A stretch of DNA of 64,000 nucleotides from Octopus sinensis (GCF_006345805.1 NC_043001.1:80352001-80416000), one strand, 5' to 3'. Counted from the first letter of the stretch, positions 1-12,521 are shown. Notes: generated by a model not told the origin, from the letters alone. Numbers and translations are program-made.

Positions 1-83
1 CGATAAAAGAAGTACCAGTCAAGCACTGGGGTCGATGTAATTGACTTATCCCCTCCCCCAAAATTGCTGGCTTTGTGCTGAAA
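1..83 (+). mobile_element. SINE family A, 3' half (cut by window edge)
   Basis: cgataaa..agtaccagt..actggggtcgatgtaa..gactta..ccctcccccaaaattgctggctttgtgc matches the 3' half of the full copies at 14357 and 63649. Confidence 0.8.
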
Positions 84-321
84 GCTTAAAACAGTTTTAT
101 TGAAACGACAAGTAATTTTCAGTGTCTGAGTTCAATTCCTTCAAGTGAGAAAGCTACCCGTGAAAATACTAGCGCTCTCTCCATAACACACGATTTATCT
201 CTTGCACACTTTACGCTACGACTTCTCACTAAGTCTTTCATGACTCGTAAGGCCACAGTTTAAACAGGTGTCAATGCCATATAAATGGTTGAGATCACAA
301 AATCTCCCCACCACCACACAC

Positions 322-757
322 ACCTGAACGGGACGCCAGTTCATCGCAGACATAATTTCTCAAGTATCGGTGGAACTATTTACAGCCGAGTGGACTGGGA
401 AAATATGAAATGAACTGTTGTGCTTAAGAATTCACCGCACCACCTGGTCCGGGAACCGAAACCACGATCTTACGATCTTACGGTGACTTAGACTTAAGTC
501 AGACTTATAAGACAGTAACTCATCTCGGTTTCTATGACATATAAGTGACTGAGGTTTCAACTTTCCCGCCATCTGAATGTAATCCGGTCCTTCGCAGAAT
601 CAACTTCCCAGCTATTGCTAGATCTCATTCACAGTTGCGTGGAGTGGAGTAACGTGAAATGAGCCGTTTCGCTTTTGCTCAAGAACACAACACAGTACCG
701 GTCCTGGAATCGAAACCAGCAATCGTCTGTGCAAACCCTAACCACTAAGCTATGTGA
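322..757 (-). mobile_element. Two degenerate SINE family C copies (322-480, 520-757)
   Basis: gagtggactgg/aacgtgaaatga..ttgctcaagaacacaac..gaatcgaaacc..ccctaaccactaagc, homologous to the copy at 50231-50492. Confidence 0.7.
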
Positions 758-758
758 T

Positions 759-1030
759 TTGACTCTTTAGGATTCAAACCGATCATATCTTGTTCAAATA
801 TTCTACCTGTTTTATGGTAAAACCAACCACATCCAACCTAAATATTCTCCTTGTTTTATTTTCAAACTGATTAGATCCAGCCTCTCACACCAACCCTACA
901 ATATCATTCTTGAAATAAACAATGACATCATCGAAATCTTGCAGCTACCAGATAATGAATGATCAATTCAAAACACTGTGAATAAATTTGTATTACATTT
1001 TACAGAGTAATCTGAATGCTAAGAAGTTAA
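759..1030. mobile_element. piggyBac-like MITE, copy 1
   Basis: Degenerate TIRs (ctctttaggatt / aatgctaagaag) bounded by TTGA and TTAA (1027-1030); internal homology to 33875-34092. Confidence 0.6.
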
Positions 1031-1469
1031 GAAAGATTACCGATTAGCTAGTATTATTCTGAAAGCCATCACGTTCAATAGATGAGGGCATGGTCGAATG
1101 GTAATGAAGTTCGTTTGGAGAAATAAACTGTATCTGCTTCAATTCTCATTTGATAGCATTTTGGCCGAGTGCATTGTATAATAGCCTCCGGTATGCCTAA
1201 TTATTGTCGATAAAACTGGCGAGAATGGAATCTATGCATGGGGAACCCGTCGGAATAAATCCACTTGGAATTCAATGTGTTAGCTTAGTTTGTTTGATTT
1301 TTTTGTTTTGTTTGATTTTTCCAAATTGTACCACGCTGATTTTCTGCCCGAGAATTGCATTAAGACTATACGTATCCGCGGGATACTCAACCGTTCAGAC
1401 TATTATATAATTCGTAGGTATTTCTGTTAGTCGAAACTGGAATAATCAGTATCGAAACTGACGGAAGAT

Positions 1470-1572
1470 CCTTACTCTCTCTCTTTCCTCACTTCTTTCT
1501 TTCTTCCTTCTTTCCCTTCTTTTCATTACCTCTTTCTTTTTCCTTTTCTTTTTCTTTTTTCTTTTTTTTTCC
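1470..1572 (+). repeat. Long polypyrimidine tract
   Basis: About 100 nt almost entirely C/T. Confidence 0.9.
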
Positions 1573-1800
1573 ATTAAAATAATCTGTGATTGTTGTTCAA
1601 ACACCGAATTAAGTGAACGAATATTAGACGCAATTTTCGCACTCTTCACAATCTTTCTGATCTTCAGGCATTCTTTATTATTATAAGGGGCTGGGTGGTT
1701 GGCTTTCGGACAATGCCATTTCTCCTCGGACACACAACAACAACAACAACAACAAAAATATAAGCTGAATAAAAACAAAACAAAAAATGGTAAAAGATAA

Positions 1801-2061
1801 ATACGCAGTTCGTCCAGCATAAACGGTTTGGTTCAAGGCTTGGAAGCGTTCTTCGATCTCAGCATACCTAACATACTTCGAGTCTACAGATCATCACCCG
1901 TAACTGCTTTCAATTTGGCTGTTCAGCACCAAAATCAAAAACAAGACCTAGAACACAGTAATGTCATTAGCAACGGCGCCAAAAACAAGAATTCCGCCTC
2001 CAACAACAAAAGGCAAGACAGCAACAACAGGAATAAGAACAAGCGCAAGAAAAGAAACTGA
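1801..2061 (+). other. Unique-sequence open frame of unknown status
   Basis: Open frame IRSSSSINGLVQGLEAFFDLSIPNILRVYRSS...KRKKRN* followed by AATAAA near 2080; no ATG, no recognised domain. Confidence 0.15.
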
Positions 2062-2151
2062 AACCACTTTTAGGTCTGCTAATAAAAGATTCTGAATATA
2101 TGTAATCTAGCTGAGAAAGCCTTTATCTATTTCGATGACATTTGGCTGTGC

Positions 2152-2357
2152 CCTTTGACCTGTAAATCGTCCTTATGCCACGTGGTGCTTCTATGTCAAA
2201 AATGTTATCGTATTGCGCAAAGGCGCTGAGAATCGAGTGGTATTTCCGGGAAGATTTTTCTAATCTTTCTTTATTTGCCTAAATGAAACGAAAATGGGGT
2301 TTGTTTGCGCAAGAACAGAGAAGGCCAAATTACGAAAGGCTTTACTTGAGTGACTCA
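2152..2357. promoter_or_regulatory. Candidate enhancer: cluster of canonical TF motifs
   Basis: CCTTTGA 2152 (TCF-like), CACGTG 2179 (E-box), ATTGCGCAA 2212 (C/EBP-like), TTCCGGGAA 2244 (STAT-like), TGACTCA 2351 (AP-1) in non-repetitive DNA. Confidence 0.3.
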
Positions 2358-2394
2358 AAGGACAGCCGACAAGGAACTCAGACGATGAAGTGCA

Positions 2395-2395
<1 letters not shown>

Positions 2396-2440
<45 letters not shown>

Positions 2441-2492
2441 AATATGTGTGTGTGTGTATACTGCATATATATGTATATATGTATATATATAC

Positions 2493-2523
<31 letters not shown>

Positions 2524-2773
2524 TGTATATATATATGTATATATATATATGTATATATGTATATATATGTATATATATATGTATATATATATACATATGT
2601 ATATATATATAATAATATAATAAATAAATAAAATATATGCGTATATTTTATTTATTATATTATAATATGACCGAACGCACGTGTTATTTCTCTTCTCCAA
2701 GTTTATATATATTATATATATATATATACATCGGTCAGTGTTGTGGATGTATGTATGTATGCATGTATATATA

Positions 2774-2822
<49 letters not shown>

Positions 2823-3008
2823 GTCAGTACTATACTAGTATATATGTATATGTGTATGTTCGTATAAATGTATGCGTATCTGTATGTATGACTGTGTAAA
2901 TATACGTATATCAGTACTATGTATGTACAGATGTATACATGTATTTATGTATATATGTTTGTATGTAAATTTGAATGTACGAGTAACCGTTCAAACGTTT
3001 GTGTGTGC

Positions 3009-3061
<53 letters not shown>

Positions 3062-3157
3062 TGTGTGTATACGTGTGTTCAGTTGTGTATGCATTTATGT
3101 TTGGATGTATAAATGTAAGCATATACACTTCTGTGCACATATATATATATATAATAT

Positions 3158-3236
<79 letters not shown>

Positions 3237-3270
3237 TATATACGCATATACACTTGAATGTATATATGTA
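2396..3270. repeat. Compound (TA)n/(TATG)n/(GT)n/(GA)n microsatellite field
   Basis: Seen directly; continues at 3472-3752 after a SINE. Confidence 0.95.
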
Positions 3271-3272
3271 TG

Positions 3273-3471
3273 AAGACGCGTGGTTTAGTGGTTAAGGTAT
3301 CCGGCTAAAGATCGCAGGGTCGTGGTTTCGATTTCATGTTGATCTAGTCAACTCAGCTGTGAAAAACGAGTTGTACTTGTAATTCAAGGGTGTGTCGGTG
3401 GTGTACTCAGCCACTTGCACATTAATTTCACGAACGTGCTGTTCGTCGGTCAGATCCACTGGAGTGCCAGT
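3273..3471 (+). mobile_element. SINE family C, internally deleted
   Basis: A box tggtttagtgg, B box gtttcgatt; body matches 5012-5332. Confidence 0.75.
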
Positions 3472-3644
3472 TATATGTATGGTATGTATACATGTATATA
3501 TGTATGTACATATACATGTATATATATGTGTGTATGCGGGCGTGTGTGTGTATGTATGCATATGTATATGTATGCATACGTCTAAATATCTATATATGTA
3601 TTTGTGTATATATGCATATATATGTATGTACGTATGTATGTATG

Positions 3645-3707
<63 letters not shown>

Positions 3708-3788
3708 GTATCTATGTATGAATATACGTATGTATGCATATGTGTATATATCTAAATATTAAAGATTTCTGGGTACGTAGTACTTTGG

Positions 3789-4219
3789 TATGCAAACGCA
3801 ATATACTGTGAGGTATACTAAATATCTTAATAAGTGACTACCACGTTCTCTGGTGTCAGCAGTGCTATTACATTATTTTGGTACGGTTATTTCTACAGAT
3901 ATTCTAGCACTGATTTTTGCTACAACGTTTCTTATCGAAACAAACAATGTGATCGAAGACAATAGTGGGTAATGAGTGTATATACCATAGTTCGTGTATT
4001 GTTGCCCTTCATCAGCAGACATCTAATTCACTATTGCATCCGAAAACTTTGTTTATATAGCCACCGCATACAGCTATGTTAAGATATTGGCTTAAGCTCT
4101 ATAGAATATCTATAGAAATAACCTTAACAAAATAATATAAGAACACTGCTGACGCAATAGAACGTTGTACTGACTTATGAAAACATTTAGTATACCTCAT
4201 TGTATATTGTGTTTGCATA
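3789..4219. mobile_element. MITE with ~120-bp terminal inverted repeats
   Basis: 3789-3907 is the imperfect reverse complement of 4101-4219 (tatgcaaac.caatata..gaggtatactaaat..gtcagcagtg..ggttatttcta.agatattcta); partial related sequence near 4750-4850. Confidence 0.75.
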
Positions 4220-4325
4220 ATATGTTTGTGTTTACCTACAAATCATTAATGGTTACATACCAGCCCCAGGAATGTGTCTAATGTGTAAATTGGGATATCT
4301 AATAACTTAACACCATTTTTTTTTT

Positions 4326-4630
4326 TGTAGTGTGTTCCTTCTCGAGCCACGCCTGGCTCATAAGGGCCGGTTTCCCGGTTTCCTTGGTGTATAGGTTCCC
4401 CACCTGGACGGGATGCCGGTCGGTCGCAGGTGCGCTGCAAGATGCAGGAGGAAAGAGTGAGAGAAAGTTGTGGTGAAAGAGTCAGCAGAAGTTCGCCAAT
4501 ATCTTCTGCTGGAGCCGCATGGAGCTTAAGTGTTTCGCTCATAAACACACACATCGTCCGGTCTGAGATTCGAACCCGTGATCCCTCGACCGCGAGTCCG
4601 CTGCTTTAACCACTAGGCCATGTGCCTCCA
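4326..4630 (-). mobile_element. SINE family D (tRNA head, aaccgggaaaccgg tail)
   Basis: Minus strand tggaggcacatggcctagtggttaaagcagcggactc..gggttcgaatctc; homologous to 45814-46120. Confidence 0.85.
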
Positions 4631-5011
4631 ACACCGCTGTATGGGGTGACTGTATAAGCAATGTGAAGCAATAGTGGGTTATACGAGAGGCCAACAACCC
4701 CAGAGATATTGCCATTCGTTACCCACTTTTGTTTTCGATTGCGTTGTCTGTTTACATATGACGTCCCGATAGGAACCGTTGTAGCAAAGATCAGTCCTGG
4801 CTCTCTAAGTTCTATGGAATATCTGTAGAAATAACTTTAACAGATAACCTTTAAAAAATATTTATTCACGTACGTATGCGTATATGTATGTATTTAAGTA
4901 TTCCAGGTTGGCAATTAAGTTAGTCTTAACTCAGGTCAATTCTAACCGAAACCTATTTACGCATGCGTGCATGCATGCATCCATGTATATATGTATGCAT
5001 GTATGTATGGT

Positions 5012-5332
5012 GAGGGCGCGTGGCTTAGTGATTAGGGCGTTCGGCTCATGATTGCAAGGTTGTGAGTTCGATTCCCGGCGATGCGTTGTGTCCTTGAGCA
5101 AGACACTTTATTTCACGTTGCTCCAGTCCACTCAGCTGGCAAAAATGCGTAGTACCTGTAATTCAAAAGGGCCAGCCTTGTCACATTCTGTGTCACGCTG
5201 AATCTCCTTGCGAACTACGTTAAGGGTACACGTATCTGTGGAGTGCTCAGCCACTTGCACGTCAATTTCACGAGCAAGCTGTTCCGTTGATCGTATCAGC
5301 TGGGACCCTCGTCGTAATCGACGGAGTGCTCC
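5012..5332 (+). mobile_element. SINE family C, full length
   Basis: A box tggcttagtga, B box gagttcgattccc, central gtccttgagcaagacactt..ttgctccagtccactcagctg, 3' end gacggagtgctcc abutting (TATG)n. Confidence 0.9.
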
Positions 5333-5336
5333 TTTA

Positions 5337-6288
5337 ATGTATGTATGTATGTATGTATGTATGTATGTATGTATGTATGTATGTATGTATGTATTATGTA
5401 TGTATGTATGTATGTATGTACATATGTAGGTATTTATGCATATATGTATGTATGTACGAATGCATGTAACTATGTATAAATATGTGTGTGTGTAAGAATA
5501 TATATATATATACATGCATAGCGACAGCTGTGGTTGTATGGTAGTGTTAGGTTTGTTGTAAAGGCATAGTCGTGATGTTGTTAATGGTGGTGGTGGTGGT
5601 GGTGCTGGTGCTGGTGGTGCTGGTAGTGGTGGTGGTGGCGGTGGCGGCGGCGGTGGCTGCCGTGGTAGTAGTAGTAGTGGTAGAGGTGTTGGTGGTCGTC
5701 ATCGTTGTAGCTGTTGCCCTCGTCGTCATCCTTGTCGTGTTCGTCATTCGTAGGTGGGGTTGCTGATGGTGGTGTTGGTGATGGTGCTGATAGTGATAGT
5801 GGTGGTGGTGGTGGTGGTGGTGGTGGTGGTGGTGGTGGTGGTGGTGGTGATAAAAGGATTTGTGATAAAGATTCGTATGAGTGGGGCAATGTTATGGGAG
5901 TACAAGAAGGAAGAAAACATTTGTGATTATATGGAAACGTGAATCTTAGATTTACAGAAAATAGCCGATGAGTTGGGGTTAAGAGTTTAGAGGTGAAAGA
6001 TTAGGGGGTCAAAACTGGCGTTAGAAGGAACATGCATTTGGTGGGAACCAAACAAAGACAAGGAATAAAAAGTTAAATACATACACACACACACATGCAT
6101 ACATGCATACATACATACATACATACAGACGCAAATGAAAGCACATGCGTTCATACATACACATCATTGACTACAGAATTTTCTTGAAGGTCTTTGACTC
6201 ATACTGGCTAGTTAAATGCGATTGTACCACCACCACCACCAGCAGCAGCAGCAGCAGTAGCAGCAGTAGCAGCAGCAGGAGCAGCAGC

Positions 6289-6347
<59 letters not shown>

Positions 6348-6620
6348 CAACAACAACAGCAGTGGTGGTGGTGTGAAGGGTGCTGATGATTGTAGTAGCG
6401 GTAGTAGTGATGTTCTTGTGAAGAGGTTGTAGAGTGGTAGCTGTGGTTATCTAGATAGTAGTTGCATTATGTGCATGTACATGCGCGCTTACGCGTGTGG
6501 GTGTGGGTGCGTGTGTGTGTTTGAAATGAGACAATTGTGGTCACTGCCATGCTTGAATGACATTTATTAAGAGTGGCCATATATGACTAAGGTGGTCATG
6601 TGTATGGTTGTCATTGCTGA

Positions 6621-6651
<31 letters not shown>

Positions 6652-6690
6652 CGATGATGACGATGATGACGATGATGATGATGATGATGT
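5337..6690. repeat. Microsatellite fields: (TATG)n 5337-5420, (GGT)n 5585-5848, (AGC/AGT)n 6240-6360, (GAT)n 6620-6690
   Basis: Seen directly; source of the poly-V/G/S/H ORFs in the track. Confidence 0.95.
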
Positions 6691-7009
6691 GATACAGGTG
6701 GTAGCGTAGGTGGTGACTGTGGTAGAGTGGGTGACACTTGGATCATAGTTGCCAGCAATAACTACGATGCAATTTTTCGATGATTCCAGAGTGGGACCTA
6801 GTGTTGCATTAGGAGCGGAAACTTCCATAATTTATTCATGATGTTGCTTTTTTATTTCTTTTAGGATTACTGGACAGAACATTTTTAGGTAGCTTCTACT
6901 GCCACATGTGTAGCAGCTAAGTCGTCTGGCCTGGTCACTGGGATTTAAAGCGCTATAAATAAGGTCTGTTACTGTTTTGTATTTTTGCAGGCTGATGAAG
7001 TCTGATGTA

Positions 7010-7160
7010 TCAGAAGCGGGTTAATGATATCCATGGTATATCCACAGTGATGCTACCTGATCGCACGTCGCCTAAAGTTACATCTTTACCGATCATCTGG
7101 CTTACTGTGCTGCTTGTTGATGTCCCTGATGATGACCCTTGTGTTTTTCTTTTCCATATA
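7010..7160 (-). other. Candidate terminal coding exon of an unidentified host gene
   Basis: Minus-strand acceptor tttgtttttatgttgattctgcag, then an open phase-1 frame IWKRKTQGSSSGTSTSSTVSQMIGKDVTLGDVRSGSITVDIPWISLTRF*; unique sequence. Confidence 0.25.
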
Positions 7161-7547
7161 CTGCAGAATCAACATAAAAACAAATGTGTCGAGCACAATT
7201 TAAGCTTCTACTTTAGACCCGTCTCTTGAGTTAATGATGGGACATGTGATGCTAGACGCCATCTTTCTCCCAATACAGAAGATTTCAGCTTGTAAAATTT
7301 GATCTAATATATAAACACAATACTACATTCTCAAGGTAAAAATCTTGTACAAACATCTCAAACGTCGAGGTGCGCCTAGTGGAGCAGCAGAAATTTGCAT
7401 AAAATTGTTGAAAACGCAATACTTTCTAAGAGAGATAAAGTTCGATGGAAAGTATTAGTCGATTAAACTTTTCGATCTTGAATGCATAAAGAGCAAAGTC
7501 GACTCCACCGGGATTCAAACTCAGAACGCAAAAGTCTGGAATAAATA

Positions 7548-7721
7548 CTGGTTTCAAATTTTGGTACCACGCCAGCATGTTCAAAGGAAGGAGCCTTATC
7601 TGGTACTTATTTTATTGACCTCGAAGGAATGAAAGGAAAAGTCGACTTCAGAACGTACGGAAGGACTAAGTGCTGCTAAGCACTTTGTCCGGCGTGCTAA
7701 CGATTCTACCAGCTCGCTGCC
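7548..7721 (-). mobile_element. SINE family A (internally deleted); degenerate second piece at ~7457-7535
   Basis: Head ggcagcgagctggtagaatcgttagcacgccgg on minus strand, followed on + by (AAT)n 7728-7808. Confidence 0.85.
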
Positions 7722-7738
7722 AAATAATAATAATGATG

Positions 7739-7807
<69 letters not shown>

Positions 7808-7820
7808 TTCTGCTCAATTC

Positions 7821-8302
7821 ATGCACATTGTTTTGTCTTGGTATAAAAGATGGGCTACAGCAAATATTCTGCTCTATACCACAGATTTATTTGTCAGTTG
7901 TTTAACCTCAACCAGTTGAGCATGTCCCTTAGTAGCTGACGATATGTACATCTCTGATCACGAGCAGAAGTAGTGGGGGAGCATCATAGCCCTGTATTGA
8001 GAGGAATTCCTTGGGGTTTGAATAATTCACCTTTGGAAACATGGGTGTTTCGTTCAACATCCTTAAACAATCCTTATACAGGGACCCTTTGAGCGGGATA
8101 GGTTACTCGACCAGAAGAAAATTCTAACTGAGCCCCACCTGCAAGGTCATGTGCTGTTTATCTTGATATGAGATCACCATGTCACACACATGCGGTTGTG
8201 ATGCATGTACCTGGTGTATCCTTATCAGACGGGTAGTCATGATGGGTATACTGGGCTTCGTATATTTACCCCATGTCACTTTGATGGCATGCACTGCTCT
8301 CT
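7821..8302 (+). mobile_element. Unclassified ~480-bp non-coding interspersed element with (TAA)n tail, copy 1
   Basis: Collinear with 18885-19335 (minus) and 12996-13194 (partial); no Pol III boxes, no TIRs; ends gcatgcactgctctc+(TAA)n. Confidence 0.85.
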
Positions 8303-8325
8303 TAATAATAATAATAATAATAATG

Positions 8326-8376
<51 letters not shown>

Positions 8377-9763
8377 GATGTTGATACAGTCATAAGAGAG
8401 CTTGAGCAAGAACAAACATACAAATATTTAAGGATAAATGAAGGCTCTGGTATTCAGCATGCAAGCATGAAAGAGAAGATCAGGAAGGAATGTTATAGGA
8501 TAGTTCGTACAGTCCTGAAATCTGAACTAAATGCACGTAACAAGGTGTTAGCTATAAATTCCTTAGCAGTTCCAGTTGTTACTTATAGCTACAATGTGTT
8601 GAACTGGAATATGAGTGAAGTAAAGAATATAGATAGGAAAATACGCAAGCTGCTGAGTTGTAATAGGATGCACCACCCAAAGGCAGACGTAGATCACCTT
8701 TACCTCCCCAGAGCCCAAGGAGGTCGAGGCCTGATCCAATTTGAACTAGCTTACAAAACAACCACAATTGGACTGGCCAAATATCTTGAAATAACGAATG
8801 ACTGGATGCTAAAGCTCGTGGAAAATCACGAGAGACGAAAGAAGCTTCATTCTATCATAAAGGAAAGCAAAAAATTTGCTATTGATCTCGTGCAGGATAC
8901 TCAAACTGAACAACCCGAGGGAAGTACGGCAACTATTGTTGCAAAGAAGGTGAAAATAATGGCAACGAAAAAAGCGCACGAGCAATTGGCTGATAGGTGG
9001 GAGGAGAAACCTCTGCACGGCAAATATGTGGCCCGCAGCAAACAAGCTGATGTTGACCAGAAGCAAACCCATCAGTGGCTACGGAGCTCAGGGTTAAAAG
9101 CAGAGAGCGAAGGTTTTCATCCTGGCTGCTCAAGATCAAAGCCTATTAACCCGGAACTACCAGGCCAATGTGATAAAAAATGGAGCAGACCCAAAATGCC
9201 AATTCTGCAACGACATGATTGAAACAGTGGACCGCCTAATCTCTGGATGTAAAGTATTAGCACCAGTGGAGTATAAATTAAAACATGACAGAGTTGACCA
9301 ATATCTACACTGGCTAATAAGTCGGCATTACAATATCAAAACTGCCGACAAGTGGTATAATCACCACCCTGAAGCTGTAACTGAAGGAGAAAATGTAACG
9401 ATTCTGTGGGACTTTCCAGTACATACAGAACGAACCATCAAAGCCAATAAACCAGATATTGTTGTGAAAGACCAAAACAATAAAGTTTGCTTATTGATCG
9501 ACATGAGCATCCCCTGTGATCATAATATCTCGGCGAAAGAGTTTGACAAGCTCAGAAAATATAAAGACCTGCTCATTAAAATTGAGAAAATGTGGCATCT
9601 CAAGGTGGTTACAATACCAGTGATCGTAGGAGCACTAGGAATGATCAAGGAGGGAACCGAAAATTATACGAGAATGATCCCTGGCTTACCATCCCTGCAA
9701 GAAGTACAAAAGATTGTCTTAACTGGTATATCACACGTATTGAGAAGAGCATTGTCGATGTGA
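8377..9763 (+). pseudogene. RT-thumb/RLE ORF remnant with one frameshift
   Basis: Track ORFs 8179-9222 and 9170-9763 join if one T is removed from the TTTT at 9114-9117, restoring EGFILAAQDQSLLTRNY. Confidence 0.9.
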
Positions 9764-9928
9764 GAACTATTACTACCTATGTATTTTAATTTAACTTTTT
9801 TTAAAAATGAACGAACTAGTGAGTTTAGTTTAATGGCCTACCAATGTATACTATGAGTTTCTTTGCCCTAGAAGTCGGGAAGACACTCTGCAAGAAATGG
9901 AAGCAAATTTGAAAGAAGTAAAAAAAAG
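8377..9928 (+). mobile_element. Dong/R4-clade RLE non-LTR retrotransposon, 5'-truncated
   Basis: RT C-terminus (TYKYL, NKVLAINSLAVPV, LYLPRAQGGRGL), CCHC-like CQFC..ETVDRLISGC and RLE motifs KHD, NKPDIVV..LIDMSIP, KYKDL, PVIVGALG; 3' UTR; (AAT)n on both flanks. Confidence 0.95.
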
Positions 9929-9972
<44 letters not shown>

Positions 9973-10043
9973 TAATAATAATAATGATGATAATAATAAT
10001 AATTTAGCTAATAAAGTAGTAGTAGTAGTAATAATAATAATAA

Positions 10044-10088
<45 letters not shown>

Positions 10089-10290
10089 CGTTAGAAATAA
10101 GTTTGGAATTATTTCGATTTGACCTCTTTGGATCCTTTTGTACACCGTTTTTAATCACAGTAATTTACGTGGAGTTTCATTTAACTGTGTACCTGTATAA
10201 GAAATCGTTATTATTACTGTTGTGGTGGTGGTGGTGGTGGTGGTGGCGGCGATGATTATTGTTGTTGTTGTTGTCGTTGTTGTTGCTTGT
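9929..10290. repeat. (AAT)n/(AGT)n/(GGT)n/(GTT)n microsatellites
   Basis: Seen directly. Confidence 0.95.
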
Positions 10291-10452
10291 TGCTGCTATC
10301 GAGTCAGTATTCTTTATTTTCACTGCGTGCGTACTTTCAATTAATAACAGCACATTGCTACAAATGACATGATGGCGCATGTTGTGGACTTGGTTTGTTT
10401 TCTTGCTATTTTCTTTACTTCCTATCACTCGCTTGCTTGTTTGCCATCGTCA

Positions 10453-10483
<31 letters not shown>

Positions 10484-10875
10484 TGCCGTTAAGCTAATTG
10501 ATATGTGCAACTAACGTCCTTGGATTTCTTCCTAAGTGACATGTTAGCTTGGATTGATGGGTAAATTCATCAACAACTTCCTGTCCTCAAGAAGTCGAGC
10601 TTCCATAGCTATTACTGAATTATAACACCACCATCCATGCCACCTCTACCACCACCACCACCTCCACCACCAGCACCAAGCTACAATTACGCCACTACTA
10701 AAGCATTCATGCTCACAAAACAAAAGAAACTACCGACCGCAACCAAAGGACAGACAGCACAACAACAACAACAACAACAGCAGTAATTAAAATACCTAAC
10801 TATGATTAAACGAGGGAGCTTCTGCGTGGTTGATTGATCTATTAGAAATAGAAGCCAAATCTTTTATCTTTAATA

Positions 10876-11104
10876 TTTTTGTTTCAGTCATTAGGCTGAA
10901 GACATGCTAGAGCTCCACCTTCAGGAATTTTAGTCAAGTGAATTGATCAGCCCAATAGATTTTTTTGTTTCCTTAAGCCTGGTACTTATTCTATCGGTCA
11001 TTTTTGCCGAATTGCTACATCGGTTGCCAAGCGACGGTGGGATTCAAACACAGACACAGATTCACACACATACACACACACACACATACACACACGCACA
11101 CACA

Positions 11105-11160
<56 letters not shown>

Positions 11161-11627
11161 ACACACACAAATACACACACATAATATATGTACAGGGTTG
11201 ACCAGAAGCCACCAGACAGTAAATAAAAATTCCATAAATATTATCTGTAATTCTGTATTGACTGGAATGGAAAAAGGTGTCGCTCAAGAACTTCAGTTTG
11301 AACAATTTCCATGAAGCCTCATATTTAGATTCTTTTATTAAATTCATTCACTAGTTTAACATAAATATATCTTGGAATTAAATGGTTTTTGATTTACTGT
11401 CAGTTGACTTTTGGCTAACCCTGTATATATATATATATATATGTTTGTGTGTGTGTGTGTACATACATATACGACAAGCTTTTTTAGTTTTTGTCTACCA
11501 ACTCTACTCACAAGGCTTTGTTCGGCTCGAAGTTATAGAAGACACTTGCCTAATGTGTCATGCAGCGGGATTGAACCCGCAGCTATGTGGTTCGAAAGTA
11601 AACTTCTTAGCAAACAGCCACACCTGC
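10876..11627 (-). mobile_element. SINE family B, degenerate, internal microsatellite expanded to (CA)n
   Basis: 3' motif tttcagtcatt..gacatgctagagc at 10880 and head aagacacttgcc..acagccacacctgc at 11540-11627. Confidence 0.7.
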
Positions 11628-11651
11628 AGATTCGCATAATCCTTAAATAAT

Positions 11652-11870
11652 GGTTTCATATTTTAGCGCAATGCCAGCAATTTTAAGGGAGAGTAGTAGT
11701 CGATTACATCGACCTCAGTGTTAGACTGGTACTAATTTTATCGTTCCCGAAAGAATGAAAGGTAAAGTCGACTTCCAAAGAATTTGAACCCGGAATGCTG
11801 TAATGAGGTGGAAGCAATGTTGCTAAGCATTTTGAGCGACTGTCTAACAATTCTATCAGCTTCACACCTT
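11652..11870 (-). mobile_element. SINE family A, degenerate
   Basis: gtcgattacatcgacc..ctggtac..gaaaggtaaagtcgac..gaatttgaac. Confidence 0.8.
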
Positions 11871-12031
11871 TACATAATGAATATTTTAACACTAAAAACG
11901 TCTACATGAAATAATGTAAAACTTGGAATTTCTTTATCTTGGAATGTCTTTTGGTCTTTTTGAACGCAGAACGTGAAGACAGGCGCTAAACATTTTGTAC
12001 AGCGTGTTAATGATTTTTGCCACTCACCGCC

Positions 12032-12096
<65 letters not shown>

Positions 12097-12124
12097 CATC
12101 ATCATCATCATCATCATCATTATT

Positions 12125-12521
12125 ATTTCAAATTTTTGCCACAAGGGCTGCTTTGGGGTGGTGGGGTTAAGTCGTTTACATCGATCCCAGTGTTAAACTG
12201 GTACTTATTTTATCGACCCCGAAAAGATAAAAGGCAAAGTCGACCTCGACGGAATTTAAACTGAGAACGTAGCGACGGGCGAAATACCTATTACTTTACT
12301 ACCCACAAGGAGCTAAACACAGAGGGGACAAACAAGGACAGACAAACGGATTAAGTCGATTACATCGGCCCCAGTATGTAACTGGTACTTAATTTATCGA
12401 CCCCGAAAGGATGAAAGGCAAAGTCGACCTCGGCGGAATTTGAACTCAGAACGTAACAGCAGACGAAATACGGCTACGCATTTCGCCCGGCGTGCTAACG
12501 TTTCTGCCAGCTCGCAGCCTT
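12125..12521 (-). mobile_element. Two tandem SINE family A copies (12125-12289, 12290-12521); the second carries the LINE-like tail
   Basis: Second copy tail on + reads ctacccacaaggagctaaacacagaggggacaaacaaggac; flanked by (AAT)n/(CAT)n. Confidence 0.9.

Noticed and set aside
6992-7020. Hammerhead at CTGATGA-AG-TCTGA tgta TCAGA
   Set aside because: A stem II-like hairpin is present but no GAAA or cleavage triplet follows.
7936-7975. Hammerhead within the 480-bp element (CTGACGA; CTGATGA in copy 3)
   Set aside because: No stem II and no GAAA downstream in any copy.
8179-8376. N-terminal, apparently transmembrane part of the 347-aa ORF
   Set aside because: Read-through of the 480-bp element and the (AAT)n array (poly-Ile); LINE protein similarity starts only at ~8377.
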